Positions 1 to 8,573 of a DNA stretch of 64,000 nucleotides are shown here, piece by piece. Made by a program: the position numbers and the translations under genes. Location of the stretch: contig JAUWQW010000001.1 of the NCBI GenBank assembly GCA_030610885.1, positions 5,317 through 69,316 of the forward strand, read 5' to 3'. Below the pieces are notes generated by a model. It was not told the origin of the DNA and made no database searches. It worked only from the letters and a program-made list of their open reading frames with translations. How positions within the stretch are numbered: position 1 is the stretch's first letter; every line of letters starts with the position of its first letter. The DNA comes from Candidatus Aminicenantes bacterium (GTDB taxonomy: Bacteria; Acidobacteriota; Aminicenantia; UBA2199).

Positions 1-599
1 CAGGAACAGCAACTGCATGGGTTTTAGTTAGATATGATTTTCCATTAAAAAAGACAATTAATGCGTTGATTGATATTCCTTTTGCAATTCCAACAGTTGT
101 TACAGGAATGATGCTTATTGTTCTATGCGGCCCAAGAAGTCTAATAGGTGATTTTTTTGGAAAACATGGGATTGAAATCATTTATAATAAACCTGGTATA
201 ATTCTGGCTCTTATTTTTGTCACATTTCCATTTGTTGTGCGCTCAGTTCAGCCTGTATTGATAGAAATGGAAAGAGATATGGAAGAAGCCGCGCAAACGC
301 TTGGTGCATCTAAATTTAAAATTTTTTTCCATATTGTTCTTCCCACAATTTTTCCTTCTGTTTTAACAGGTGCAGCCCTATCGTTCAGTAGAGCTTTAGG
401 GGAGTTTGGGTCAATTGTAATTGTTGCGGGTAATATACCTATGAAAACTCAGGTTGCTTCTGTATATATTTATGGAGAAATTGAAAGTGCTAATATTCAG
501 AGCGGTTTAGGAACAGCAGTTGTACTTTTATTAAGTTCTTTTATTGTTTTAATCTTTTTGAACTTTATACAAAGATGGAGCAACAAATATGGAAAATAA
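1..599 (+). CDS. cysT: sulfate/thiosulfate ABC transporter permease CysT-like (5' end outside window)
   Basis: The frame is open from nt 3 (GTATAWVLVRYDFPLKKTINALIDIPFAIPTVV...), so the gene begins upstream of the window. It is a polytopic permease with the EAA-loop region (EEAAQTLGASKFKIFFHIVLP) typical of CysT/CysW-type ABC permeases. A second permease and a CysA-like ATPase follow. Confidence 0.75.
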   Translation, partial: GTATAWVLVRYDFPLKKTINALIDIPFAIPTVVTGMMLIVLCGPRSLIGDFFGKHGIEIIYNKPGIILALIFVTFPFVVRSVQPVLIEMERDMEEAAQTLGASKFKIFFHIVLPTIFPSVLTGAALSFSRALGEFGSIVIVAGNIPMKTQVASVYIYGEIESANIQSGLGTAVVLLLSSFIVLIFLNFIQRWSNKYGK

Positions 600-1428
600 G
601 ACTAATTGTGTAGAAATTGTACGCAAGCAAAAACAAACAGGTAAATGGATTCTCATCTCTGTTGTATTATTATGGTTTTTTGTGTTGATAATATTCCCAT
701 TAATTGGAATTGTAATGGAGACTTTTAAAAATGCAATATCTGTTATTACTTCATCCTTGAGTTCTACAGCATCTACACATGCATTCTGGTTGACAATATT
801 AATAACATTTGTAGCAGTTATTATAAATACCATTTTTGGTACTATTATGGCAATTGTTTTTGCAAAGCAGAATTTTAAGGGAAAACTTTTTTTAGAAAGT
901 TTAATTGACCTGCCTTTTGCAGTTTCTCCTATAGTAGCTGGGTTTATGTTTGTAATACTGTTTGGGCCAGGAGGATGGATAGGGAGCTGGTTTTATTCAA
1001 TGAATATAAAAATTATATATGCTCTACCTGGAATGATAATTGCGACACTTTTTGTGACACTTCCGTTTGTGGCAAAAGAGATAATACCTGTTTTAAGAGA
1101 ATTTGGAATTGAGCAGGATGAAGCTGCATTGATTCTCGGAGCTTCTCAATGGCAGATTTTCTGGAAAGTAACACTTCCATCTATAAGATGGGGATTAGCA
1201 TATGGGGTTACTCTGACAATTGCTCGTTCCATTGGAGAATTCGGAGCTGTTCTTGTTGTAAGTGGAAGTATTATAAATAAAACTCAAACTGCTACATTGC
1301 GCATACATGACCAATTTACTGATTTAAATTATGCAGGTGCTTTTTCTGCAGCTCTTATCCTTGCATTGATATCATTTATTATTCTTAATTTAATACAGTA
1401 TGCACAGAAAAGAAAGGAGAGAATTTGA
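589..1428 (+). CDS. cysW: sulfate/thiosulfate ABC transporter permease CysW-like
   Basis: 279-aa polytopic membrane protein with an EAA loop ([22 protein letters not shown]). It overlaps the previous permease by 11 nt and is followed by the ATPase, the usual cysTWA order. Confidence 0.75.
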   Translation: MENKTNCVEIVRKQKQTGKWILISVVLLWFFVLIIFPLIGIVMETFKNAISVITSSLSSTASTHAFWLTILITFVAVIINTIFGTIMAIVFAKQNFKGKLFLESLIDLPFAVSPIVAGFMFVILFGPGGWIGSWFYSMNIKIIYALPGMIIATLFVTLPFVAKEIIPVLREFGIEQDEAALILGASQWQIFWKVTLPSIRWGLAYGVTLTIARSIGEFGAVLVVSGSIINKTQTATLRIHDQFTDLNYAGAFSAALILALISFIILNLIQYAQKRKERI

Positions 1429-1429
1429 A

Positions 1430-2530
1430 ATGAGTGGAATTATGGTTAAAAATATAACCAAAAAATTCGGTGATTTTGTTGCAGTTAATAATGTTAGTTT
1501 TGATGTTAGAGAGGGTGAACTTGCTGCACTTTTAGGACCAAGTGGTTCAGGGAAAAGTACATTATTAAGGGTTATAGCAGGACTGGAAAACCCAGACATG
1601 GGGCAGATTTTTTTGACAGGAAAGGATGTTACTCCATTGAGAACACAAAAAAGAAATGTGGGTTTTGTTTTTCAACATTATGCACTTTTCAAACATATGA
1701 CAGTTGAAAAGAATATTGCATTTGGCCTTGAGATTCAGAAAAAAGACAAAAAAGAGATAAAACAAAAGGTAGAAGAATTAATTGATCTTGTAAAACTTAA
1801 TGGTTACAACAAACATTATCCTTCACAGCTTTCAGGAGGGCAGCGTCAGAGAGTAGCACTTGCAAGGGCACTTGCTACAGAACCAAAAGTTCTTCTTCTT
1901 GACGAACCCTTTGGTTCTTTGGATGCTAAGGTAAGGAAAAACCTGGCTCAATGGATAAGAGATTTGCATAGCAGGGTTAATGTAACAAGTGTTTTTGTTA
2001 CACATGATCAGAACGAAGCTATAGAAATTTCTGATAAAATTATTGTAATAAATAGGGGAAAGGTTGAGCAGATTGGCAATGCAACTGATGTTTATGAACA
2101 TCCTAAATCAAAATTTGTTGCAAGTTTTGTGGGAAATGTAAATGTGATTAATGCAAACATTAAGAAAAATTATATTGTAATTACAGGAACAAAAGAAAAA
2201 ATACAATTTAAAGAGAAAACAGGAATTAATTTTCAGAACATAGTGTTGCTTATTAGGCCAGAAGATATCATTATAAAGGATAATTCAACAGAGGATACTG
2301 TGCCTTGTATTATTAATGGAATATATTATAGAGGAAGTTTCTATGAGGTTGATTTAAAAGTCGGCACTAATAATGTGAAATCACTTGTCCCTAAAGAAAA
2401 TTTTTTTAAGTTCGAATGGCAGAAAGGGGAAAAGGTATATGTCAGGTTTAGAAAATTTAAAATATTTGAAGCTTCTGAAGGTCACAAAAAGGTTCATGAA
2501 ATGCTCAAGCAACTGGGCTATATTGAATGA
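1430..2530 (+). CDS. cysA: sulfate/thiosulfate ABC transporter ATP-binding protein CysA
   Basis: Walker [13 protein letters not shown] signature [15 protein letters not shown], Walker B LLLDEPF, and a C-terminal TOBE-like extension. A Shine-Dalgarno sequence AAAGGAGAG lies 8-16 nt upstream of ATG 1430. The N-terminus [24 protein letters not shown] is CysA-like. The track ORF extends upstream to 1400, but 1430 is the likely start. Confidence 0.85.
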   Translation: MSGIMVKNITKKFGDFVAVNNVSFDVREGELAALLGPSGSGKSTLLRVIAGLENPDMGQIFLTGKDVTPLRTQKRNVGFVFQHYALFKHMTVEKNIAFGLEIQKKDKKEIKQKVEELIDLVKLNGYNKHYPSQLSGGQRQRVALARALATEPKVLLLDEPFGSLDAKVRKNLAQWIRDLHSRVNVTSVFVTHDQNEAIEISDKIIVINRGKVEQIGNATDVYEHPKSKFVASFVGNVNVINANIKKNYIVITGTKEKIQFKEKTGINFQNIVLLIRPEDIIIKDNSTEDTVPCIINGIYYRGSFYEVDLKVGTNNVKSLVPKENFFKFEWQKGEKVYVRFRKFKIFEASEGHKKVHEMLKQLGYIE

Positions 2531-2602
2531 AATCTAAAACACTCTTTTTTTGTTCCAAAATTAAGGTTTTATATTATATTAATAATTATTAAAAAAATTA
2601 TA

Positions 2603-2620
2603 AAAATCATCTGTGATTTT
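2603..2620. terminator. weak AT-rich hairpin between convergent cysA and the anti-sigma gene (possible bidirectional terminator)
   Basis: Inverted repeat aaaatca-tctg-tgatttt inside the 123-nt convergent intergenic region. The stem is only 7 bp and AT-only. Confidence 0.25.
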
Positions 2621-2653
2621 ATTTGCAATTATGATTAATACTATTTTTTTTTA

Positions 2654-3346
2654 TTAAATCTTATTGATTTTTTCTAGGATAGATTCGGCTTTTCCAGAAT
2701 AGGGACTGAACATTTTGGAGAGATTATTAAATAATTTTATTGCTTCTTTCTTTTTATTTAACCTTAAAAGAGCAATTCCTTTATAATATATTGCTTCATC
2801 ATAATAAGAAGGATTAGCATTTTTTATGATTAAATTAAAAATTTTTATGGCATTTTTATATTGATCATTTAATAGATAACAGATTCCTTTGAAAAACAGT
2901 ACTTTAGGGTTATTATCAATGAATTTAATTTGGTTTAGAGTATGAAGGGACTTACTAAACTTTGTGTTATTGTAATAAATCATTGCTTGAGAAAATAACT
3001 CATTACCTGATTGGTTTCTGGTTTCACTCTCTATATACACGGGAGGTGTGAAATATGAAATTTTCAATAATATATGTTTCTGATTAGATTCTTTAATTAT
3101 AAAAATAGATGATATTAGTATTATTAAAAAAGATGAGAATATTAGTAATGGTTTAAAAACCAATCTTGGTTTTTTGCCTCTTAAGACAATTTTAACCCTT
3201 TTTTTATTTAATTTTTCATTTAATTTTAATTCAAGGTAACATTTATCACATTCAAAATAATGCTTTTCAAATTTTTCTTTTTCTTTTTCACATAGTTCTT
3301 CTCTCAAGTAACTATCAATAAGAATTGAGAATTTCTTACACTCCAT
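2654..3346 (-). CDS. anti-sigma factor, zf-HC2 zinc-finger N-terminus, one TM helix, periplasmic TPR domain
   Basis: From the internal Met the protein starts MECKKFSILIDSYLREELCEKEKEKFEKHYFECDKC. HYFECDKC is the H-x3-C-x2-C motif of zf-HC2 anti-sigma factors. A hydrophobic TM segment follows (LLIFSSFLIILISSIFII), then TPR-like repeats (AIYYKGIALLRLNKKKEAIKLFNNL). The start ATG at 3344-3346 overlaps the sigma gene stop (3336-3338) by 11 nt. The track ORF extends to 3394. Confidence 0.7.
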   Translation of the reverse strand: MECKKFSILIDSYLREELCEKEKEKFEKHYFECDKCYLELKLNEKLNKKRVKIVLRGKKPRLVFKPLLIFSSFLIILISSIFIIKESNQKHILLKISYFTPPVYIESETRNQSGNELFSQAMIYYNNTKFSKSLHTLNQIKFIDNNPKVLFFKGICYLLNDQYKNAIKIFNLIIKNANPSYYDEAIYYKGIALLRLNKKKEAIKLFNNLSKMFSPYSGKAESILEKINKI

Positions 3347-3926
3347 TTTTTCTTCTCCATATACTATATAGATCTTTTTGTTTAAAAATCTCATTTTTTA
3401 TTTTTTTTAATGCCCTTATCTTTCTAACACTAATATAATGCTTTGATTTACCTAACAATTCTGCGATTTCATCAATTTTATTTTCTTTTAGATAGAATTC
3501 CTTTAAAATTATTTTATCGAGTTCAGAGAGTTTGTTGACAAACTTATTTATTATTTGAGTCATATTTTCTGATTCGAGTCTCTCGTTCTCTTTCAAATTA
3601 TAAGATAATTCAATTGTTTGACTGAATTTTTTTTGGATGTTTATATTTTTCTTTTTTTTATAGAAATAATTGTACAAGACTCTTTTTGAAATCCCGAAGA
3701 TATATGGAGCTATATATTTATCATCAATAATTTTGTTATTCTCAATTCCATTAAAAAAAGCAGCGAAAACTTCCTGGACAAGATCTTCGTGAGAGTTTTC
3801 TCCTTTTACCCTGCATCTAAAATATGAAAAAATTCTAGAATTAAATCTATTTATTAGTTCAACCTGAATATTTTTTTCCTTATTTTTTAATCTTTCAATG
3901 CAACTTTTATTTTTTGTCATTGTCAC
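3336..3926 (-). CDS. RNA polymerase sigma-70 factor, ECF subfamily
   Basis: Region 2 (HEDLVQEVFAAFFNGIENNKII..YIAPYIFGISKRVLYNYF) and region 4 helix-turn-helix (FYLKENKIDEIAELLGKSKHYISVRKIRALKKIK) are present. Size is 196 aa. It sits directly upstream of, and overlapping, a zf-HC2 anti-sigma gene. Confidence 0.8.
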   Translation of the reverse strand: MTMTKNKSCIERLKNKEKNIQVELINRFNSRIFSYFRCRVKGENSHEDLVQEVFAAFFNGIENNKIIDDKYIAPYIFGISKRVLYNYFYKKKKNINIQKKFSQTIELSYNLKENERLESENMTQIINKFVNKLSELDKIILKEFYLKENKIDEIAELLGKSKHYISVRKIRALKKIKNEIFKQKDLYSIWRRKNGV

Positions 3927-4315
3927 ATAAAATTTTTCTCCATAGAATTATTTATATAATTTGATTCAGGAATGGTTTTTTCTCTATTTATCTCTACTTT
4001 TATATTTAGGCTGGGTTGAGCTCTGAAGTTTGTTTTAAAAAAGATTGTAGAATTGTTTGTAAAAAGTTTTTTGTCTATATATTTCAATTTATATTCCGCT
4101 CTTTTTAATTTATTAATATATATTGTTAGAAAGATAATTTCATTTAATTCTGGCTTGATTTGAAAGTTAAAATTTGAGTTATTATTAATTTTTATATAAA
4201 TGAATTTATCTATATGTACCAGAATGTCAGTGACTTTAAAATCTGGAAGGTTATTAGAGAAAATTCCTATTGTAATACTTCCAATTAAAATTAAAAAAAT
4301 TATTATTCTTTTCAT
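3923..4315 (-). CDS. hypothetical exported protein, first gene of the sigma/anti-sigma operon
   Basis: 130 aa with an N-terminal signal/TM segment (MKRIIIFLILIGSITIGIF). Its stop overlaps the sigma-factor ATG (ATGA at 3923-3926), which indicates translational coupling. Confidence 0.45.
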   Translation of the reverse strand: MKRIIIFLILIGSITIGIFSNNLPDFKVTDILVHIDKFIYIKINNNSNFNFQIKPELNEIIFLTIYINKLKRAEYKLKYIDKKLFTNNSTIFFKTNFRAQPSLNIKVEINREKTIPESNYINNSMEKNFM

Positions 4316-4399
4316 AATATTTATATATATGTTTTTATCTAAAATTTCAATATTTTAATGAGTTGAATTCTTTTTTTTTTTAGTTTAAAATTACAATAA

Positions 4400-6082
4400 A
4401 TGAGATTTGGGAGAATGTTTTTCTTATTATTTTTTTTCTTTTCTATTATTTTAAGTGGAATAAGCATAGATCAGAATAGTTTAGAGAAAAATGTAAAAGA
4501 ATCAAATAAATATTTTTCTGATACAAATGATAGCAGATATTACTATATTTCTGAAAGAATAGAAAATATTTTTTCAAGCATTATAAGATATTTTCTTTAT
4601 TTATATGATAAAACTTGTAATAAGATATTTATAGATAAAGCTCTTTATTTTAGTGAGATAAAAAAAATATATATATATAATTTAAATTCCAAAAAAAATA
4701 AAATAGATTTACTTTTTAATATAAATATTAATATAAATAAAAATGGAAAGGAATATTTTTTAATAAATAATAAATATTTGAAAAATTTATTAAGTTTAAA
4801 TTTTAGTAAAGACAAAATTAGCTTTTTTGAAAATAAACTAAATTCGTTGAATAAGGAATATTTAGAATTGATGAAACTTATTTCAGATATTCCAATTACA
4901 CTAAGATTCAAAGATTTTAATACAAAACTAATTCAAAAAAGGATGAATCCAGGTCAGTTGATAATAAAATATACTGTTTTAAAAGAAGATGTTTTTGCTT
5001 TTTATATTACTAATAAATCTATAGGTTATATTAAGCCAAAAGTTAAATATAATCAAATTTTCAAGAAAATAAAGGATCTAACTGAACCTCTTGATGATTT
5101 TAAGAGTGGTAATGTTGATTATTTAAGAATTAACTATAACCTAAACATTGCAAATTATCTATACAATATACTTCTAAGGCAAGTATTAAAAAATCACAAA
5201 AATATGGAAGAGATTTTTATCATTCCAGAGAAGGAATTATTTAAACTGCCCTTTGAAGCCCTGGTAACAGGTTTTAATGATAAAGATTTAGATCCTGAAA
5301 TTATATTCTCAGAATATAGATCTGCTAACTACTTAATACAAAAATTTACAATTTCATATTATTTTTCTCTTTTTGATATTCAAAAAAGGTTCAAAGAAAA
5401 ATACAGGAAGAAATATATTGTTACTGCATTTGGAAATCCAGTAATTGAGGATAGGCTGAGAGAAAAATCAGAGAGTATGCTAATAAATTTTAAATACTTT
5501 AACAAGATTCCCTCTTCAAGAAGAGAAATACTTGATATAAAAAGAATATTTGTTGGAAAAGAGTGTAAAATTTTTTTGGATAAAGAATTTAATAAGAGAA
5601 ATTTTGAAAGTTATGCGTCTGAGTCAAAAATAGTGCATATAGCTACACATTTCATAAATAATATTGATTTTCCTAAATATTCAGCCTTGCTCTTTTCATC
5701 AAAAGATAATAATACGCCTTTTTATTATACTTATGAAATATCTGAGTTAAAATTGAATTCTGCATTGGTGATACTAAGTGCTTGTGAAAGTTTGGAAAAG
5801 GATATACTTGGTTTAAACGGATTAAACAGTATAAGTTTTTCATTCAAAAATTCAGGTGTTAAATCTGTTATAGTGAGTATGTGGCCAGTTGATGAGTTTA
5901 GTTCAAAGTTAGTACCATTGTTTTACGAAAATTATAAAAGAGCAAAAAAATTTTCTTTAGCATTAAGGAATGCTAAACTTAAGTTAATGAAAAAAAATAT
6001 AAAATTTAAAGAAGATATAAAAATTTCACTTTCTCATCCTTTTATATGGGCAAATTATATTCTTTACAATTTTTATTTTTAA
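4400..6082 (+). CDS. secreted CHAT-domain (caspase-like, clan CD) protease
   Basis: N-terminal signal peptide (MRFGRMFFLLFFFFSIILSGIS), then an N/K/I-rich low-complexity N-terminal half. The C-terminal approximately 350 aa have the CHAT pattern: IFIIPEKELFKLPFEAL, YIVTAFGNP, IVHIATHF (catalytic His), LSACES (catalytic Cys), GVKSVIVSMWPVDEFSSKLVPLFYEN. Confidence 0.7.
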   Translation: MRFGRMFFLLFFFFSIILSGISIDQNSLEKNVKESNKYFSDTNDSRYYYISERIENIFSSIIRYFLYLYDKTCNKIFIDKALYFSEIKKIYIYNLNSKKNKIDLLFNINININKNGKEYFLINNKYLKNLLSLNFSKDKISFFENKLNSLNKEYLELMKLISDIPITLRFKDFNTKLIQKRMNPGQLIIKYTVLKEDVFAFYITNKSIGYIKPKVKYNQIFKKIKDLTEPLDDFKSGNVDYLRINYNLNIANYLYNILLRQVLKNHKNMEEIFIIPEKELFKLPFEALVTGFNDKDLDPEIIFSEYRSANYLIQKFTISYYFSLFDIQKRFKEKYRKKYIVTAFGNPVIEDRLREKSESMLINFKYFNKIPSSRREILDIKRIFVGKECKIFLDKEFNKRNFESYASESKIVHIATHFINNIDFPKYSALLFSSKDNNTPFYYTYEISELKLNSALVILSACESLEKDILGLNGLNSISFSFKNSGVKSVIVSMWPVDEFSSKLVPLFYENYKRAKKFSLALRNAKLKLMKKNIKFKEDIKISLSHPFIWANYILYNFYF

Positions 6083-6144
6083 TTAATAAAATTGAGATTT
6101 TTTTTATTTTCTTTTATTTAATATATTAGTAAGGGAGGTGTTAA

Positions 6145-8481
6145 ATGAAAAAATTTTTTCTACTATTTTTTATTTTCTTTTTATTTTTAAATCTACAATC
6201 AACAGATATAAATATTAATCCGAATCAGATTTTTGTTGGAACTAATGTTCAATTTGATTTTATTCATTCTAATATAAGTTCAATATTAAACCCTGAATGG
6301 AATTTCGGAGATAATAGCCCTAAAGCAAATGGTATATCAACAAATCATTTTTATAAAGAACCTGGCAACTATACTGTAAAATTTACCTGGTCTGAAGAGG
6401 GTGAGAATAAGGAAATCACAAAAAATATAGTAGTAGGTGATAATAGAGAAGTATCAATTGAGGGGAGTGATTTTTTTGTTGGAAGAGTTATACAGTTTAA
6501 GACAAAAAATTTTGCTAGAAGTAATTTGAAGTGGGATTTTGGTGATAGTACAATTGAAAATGCCGAGAAAAATCATAAACATAAATTTCAAAATCCAGGG
6601 AATTATACAATCAAGGTTTATGATTTTGGAGGAAATACATCTTTTGCAGTAACCTGTAATGCGAATATTCAACCAGATACCAGGAGGGTTGATATCAATC
6701 CTTCAAATGTTGTAGTAGGACAGACTGTAACAATAAAATTGATAAATTCTATGGCTACAGATGTGGAATGGAACCTTGATATGGATGTTATATTGAAGAA
6801 TTCTCCCACTATAATACAGTATAAATTTCTAGATCCTGGGAAATATGAGATTATTTGTATGATACCCAATCAGACCCCAGTAAAAAATGTTATAAATGTA
6901 AGAGAAAATAGAAGCATTGATTTAACTCAGAAATATGTGTTTGAGGGTTCAAATGTTAAATTTAGAACAAAAAATTTTAATTCTTCTAACCTGAAATGGA
7001 ATTTTGGTGATGGTACTATACAAAGTGGAGGGCAAAATGTTTCCCATATGTTTTTAAGACCAGGAAATTATTTTGTGAAAGTCTTTGATTTTGATGGAAA
7101 ATCAAAGAAGCCTGTTCAAAAGAGATTAAATGTGTTAAGAGAGAACAGAAAAATTGATTTAAAGTACCAGGTTTTGTATATAAGTTCAGAGGTTGAGATA
7201 AGAGCAAAGGATTTTAAAAGCAGTTCAATTAAATGGGATTTTGGTGATAGCAGTACACGAATGGGAAGCAACTTGATCAAGCATATTTATAAAAGAATCG
7301 GGACTTTTACAATAAAGGCAATTGATATGGGAGGTAAAGACACAAAAGAAATAATAAGACAGGTCAATGTTATTAATGATAATAGAATAATTCAATTACC
7401 TGTAGAGATAATTGCAGGTGAACCTGTTGATTTGCAACTACAGAATGCAGAAATGGGTAATTTTATATGGGAATTTAGAGATAATGAGAAAAGATCTGGA
7501 AACTTTGTGAAATCTAAAAATTTCAAATTTCCCGGTTTTCAGACAATAAAAATTGTTGATAAATCTGGTAAATATCCTGACCTTATAAAAAAGATAGATG
7601 TAAAACCAGATAAAAGAAAGCTAAAAAGTTTAATAGATTACAGCCTCCCAAATGAGACAATAAACTTTGAAGCTTTTAATTTTAAGGGGCCTGGAATTAA
7701 ATGGGATTTTGGTGATGGGACAATAAAAGAAAATGGAAATAGAAATGAAAAGCATAAGTACAGATCAATTGGGAAATATAAGGTTAAAGCAATTGATTTC
7801 AATGGTAAGAGTGCTAAGGTTTTTTCAAAAGATATATATATTAGTGAATTGTTACCTGACTTTCAGGTAAAAAGTATAGAAATTGTATTTGACAATGGGA
7901 AATATTATAGAGTAGTCCCGAAAAGAAATATGCCACCTGATTATAGTGTTAAAATAAAAGCAAAGGGAAGAGGAATAATAAAGGGTAAATGGATTCTTGA
8001 TGGTATGACTGTCGGGCTTTTTGAAATAAAGTTGAAAGAGAACCAGATAAATGTTATAAAAGGGAGAAATGTCCCAAAATTGCCTGTTATTGATTTAGGT
8101 GTCCATAATTATACTTTTGATTTTACAAATTATTCATTTAATGGGGAAATACCTAGATTAAGATATTTTGTGACTGAATCAGGAATGCTTCAAATTAAAA
8201 ACCCATTGCCTGGAGCAAAAATTCCTGAGCAAAAAACAATAAAATTAAAGTGGTCATCAGTAAAAAGGAAAGTATCCTATGAAATTGTTGTCTCTAAAAT
8301 TCCTTTTCAATTCCTGAAAGACGAACAGATTAAGTGGATTAAGCTTGAGCAAAAAAAAGAATTCAATCTTGATTTATTAAAGTATAAAAAAAATACATGG
8401 ATTTATTGGATGGTAAGAGCAGTTAATGAAAATGGTAAAGTGGTTACTACTTCTGAGCCTTCATCATTTAAAATTTTGTGA
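6145..8481 (+). CDS. secreted multi-PKD-domain protein (approximately 7 PKD repeats) with a conserved C-terminal module
   Basis: Signal peptide MKKFFLLFFIFFLFLNLQS. A Shine-Dalgarno sequence AAGGGAGG lies 7 nt upstream. There are about seven 80-88-aa repeats, each with the PKD signature W(D/N)FGDG(S/T) (WNFGDNSP, WDFGDSTIE, WNFGDGTIQ, WDFGDSSTR, WDFGDGTIKE and two degenerate copies). The C-terminal region (DNGKYYRVVPK..GIIKGKWILDG..LPVIDLGVHNY..WIYWMVRAVNENG) is shared with the gene at 10511. Confidence 0.75.
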   Translation: MKKFFLLFFIFFLFLNLQSTDININPNQIFVGTNVQFDFIHSNISSILNPEWNFGDNSPKANGISTNHFYKEPGNYTVKFTWSEEGENKEITKNIVVGDNREVSIEGSDFFVGRVIQFKTKNFARSNLKWDFGDSTIENAEKNHKHKFQNPGNYTIKVYDFGGNTSFAVTCNANIQPDTRRVDINPSNVVVGQTVTIKLINSMATDVEWNLDMDVILKNSPTIIQYKFLDPGKYEIICMIPNQTPVKNVINVRENRSIDLTQKYVFEGSNVKFRTKNFNSSNLKWNFGDGTIQSGGQNVSHMFLRPGNYFVKVFDFDGKSKKPVQKRLNVLRENRKIDLKYQVLYISSEVEIRAKDFKSSSIKWDFGDSSTRMGSNLIKHIYKRIGTFTIKAIDMGGKDTKEIIRQVNVINDNRIIQLPVEIIAGEPVDLQLQNAEMGNFIWEFRDNEKRSGNFVKSKNFKFPGFQTIKIVDKSGKYPDLIKKIDVKPDKRKLKSLIDYSLPNETINFEAFNFKGPGIKWDFGDGTIKENGNRNEKHKYRSIGKYKVKAIDFNGKSAKVFSKDIYISELLPDFQVKSIEIVFDNGKYYRVVPKRNMPPDYSVKIKAKGRGIIKGKWILDGMTVGLFEIKLKENQINVIKGRNVPKLPVIDLGVHNYTFDFTNYSFNGEIPRLRYFVTESGMLQIKNPLPGAKIPEQKTIKLKWSSVKRKVSYEIVVSKIPFQFLKDEQIKWIKLEQKKEFNLDLLKYKKNTWIYWMVRAVNENGKVVTTSEPSSFKIL

Positions 8482-8573
8482 AATGTTGAATTCAAACTTA
8501 AATAAAAAAGTTATTTTAAAATTATGTTGAAAATTTTTATATATAATATAATTATATGATTAAGGGGGAAAAT

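Noticed and set aside
4645-4911. 88-aa minus-strand ORF inside the CHAT gene N-terminal region
   Set aside because: Antisense to the CHAT gene in its extremely AT-rich low-complexity segment. No ribosome-binding site and a composition-driven translation.
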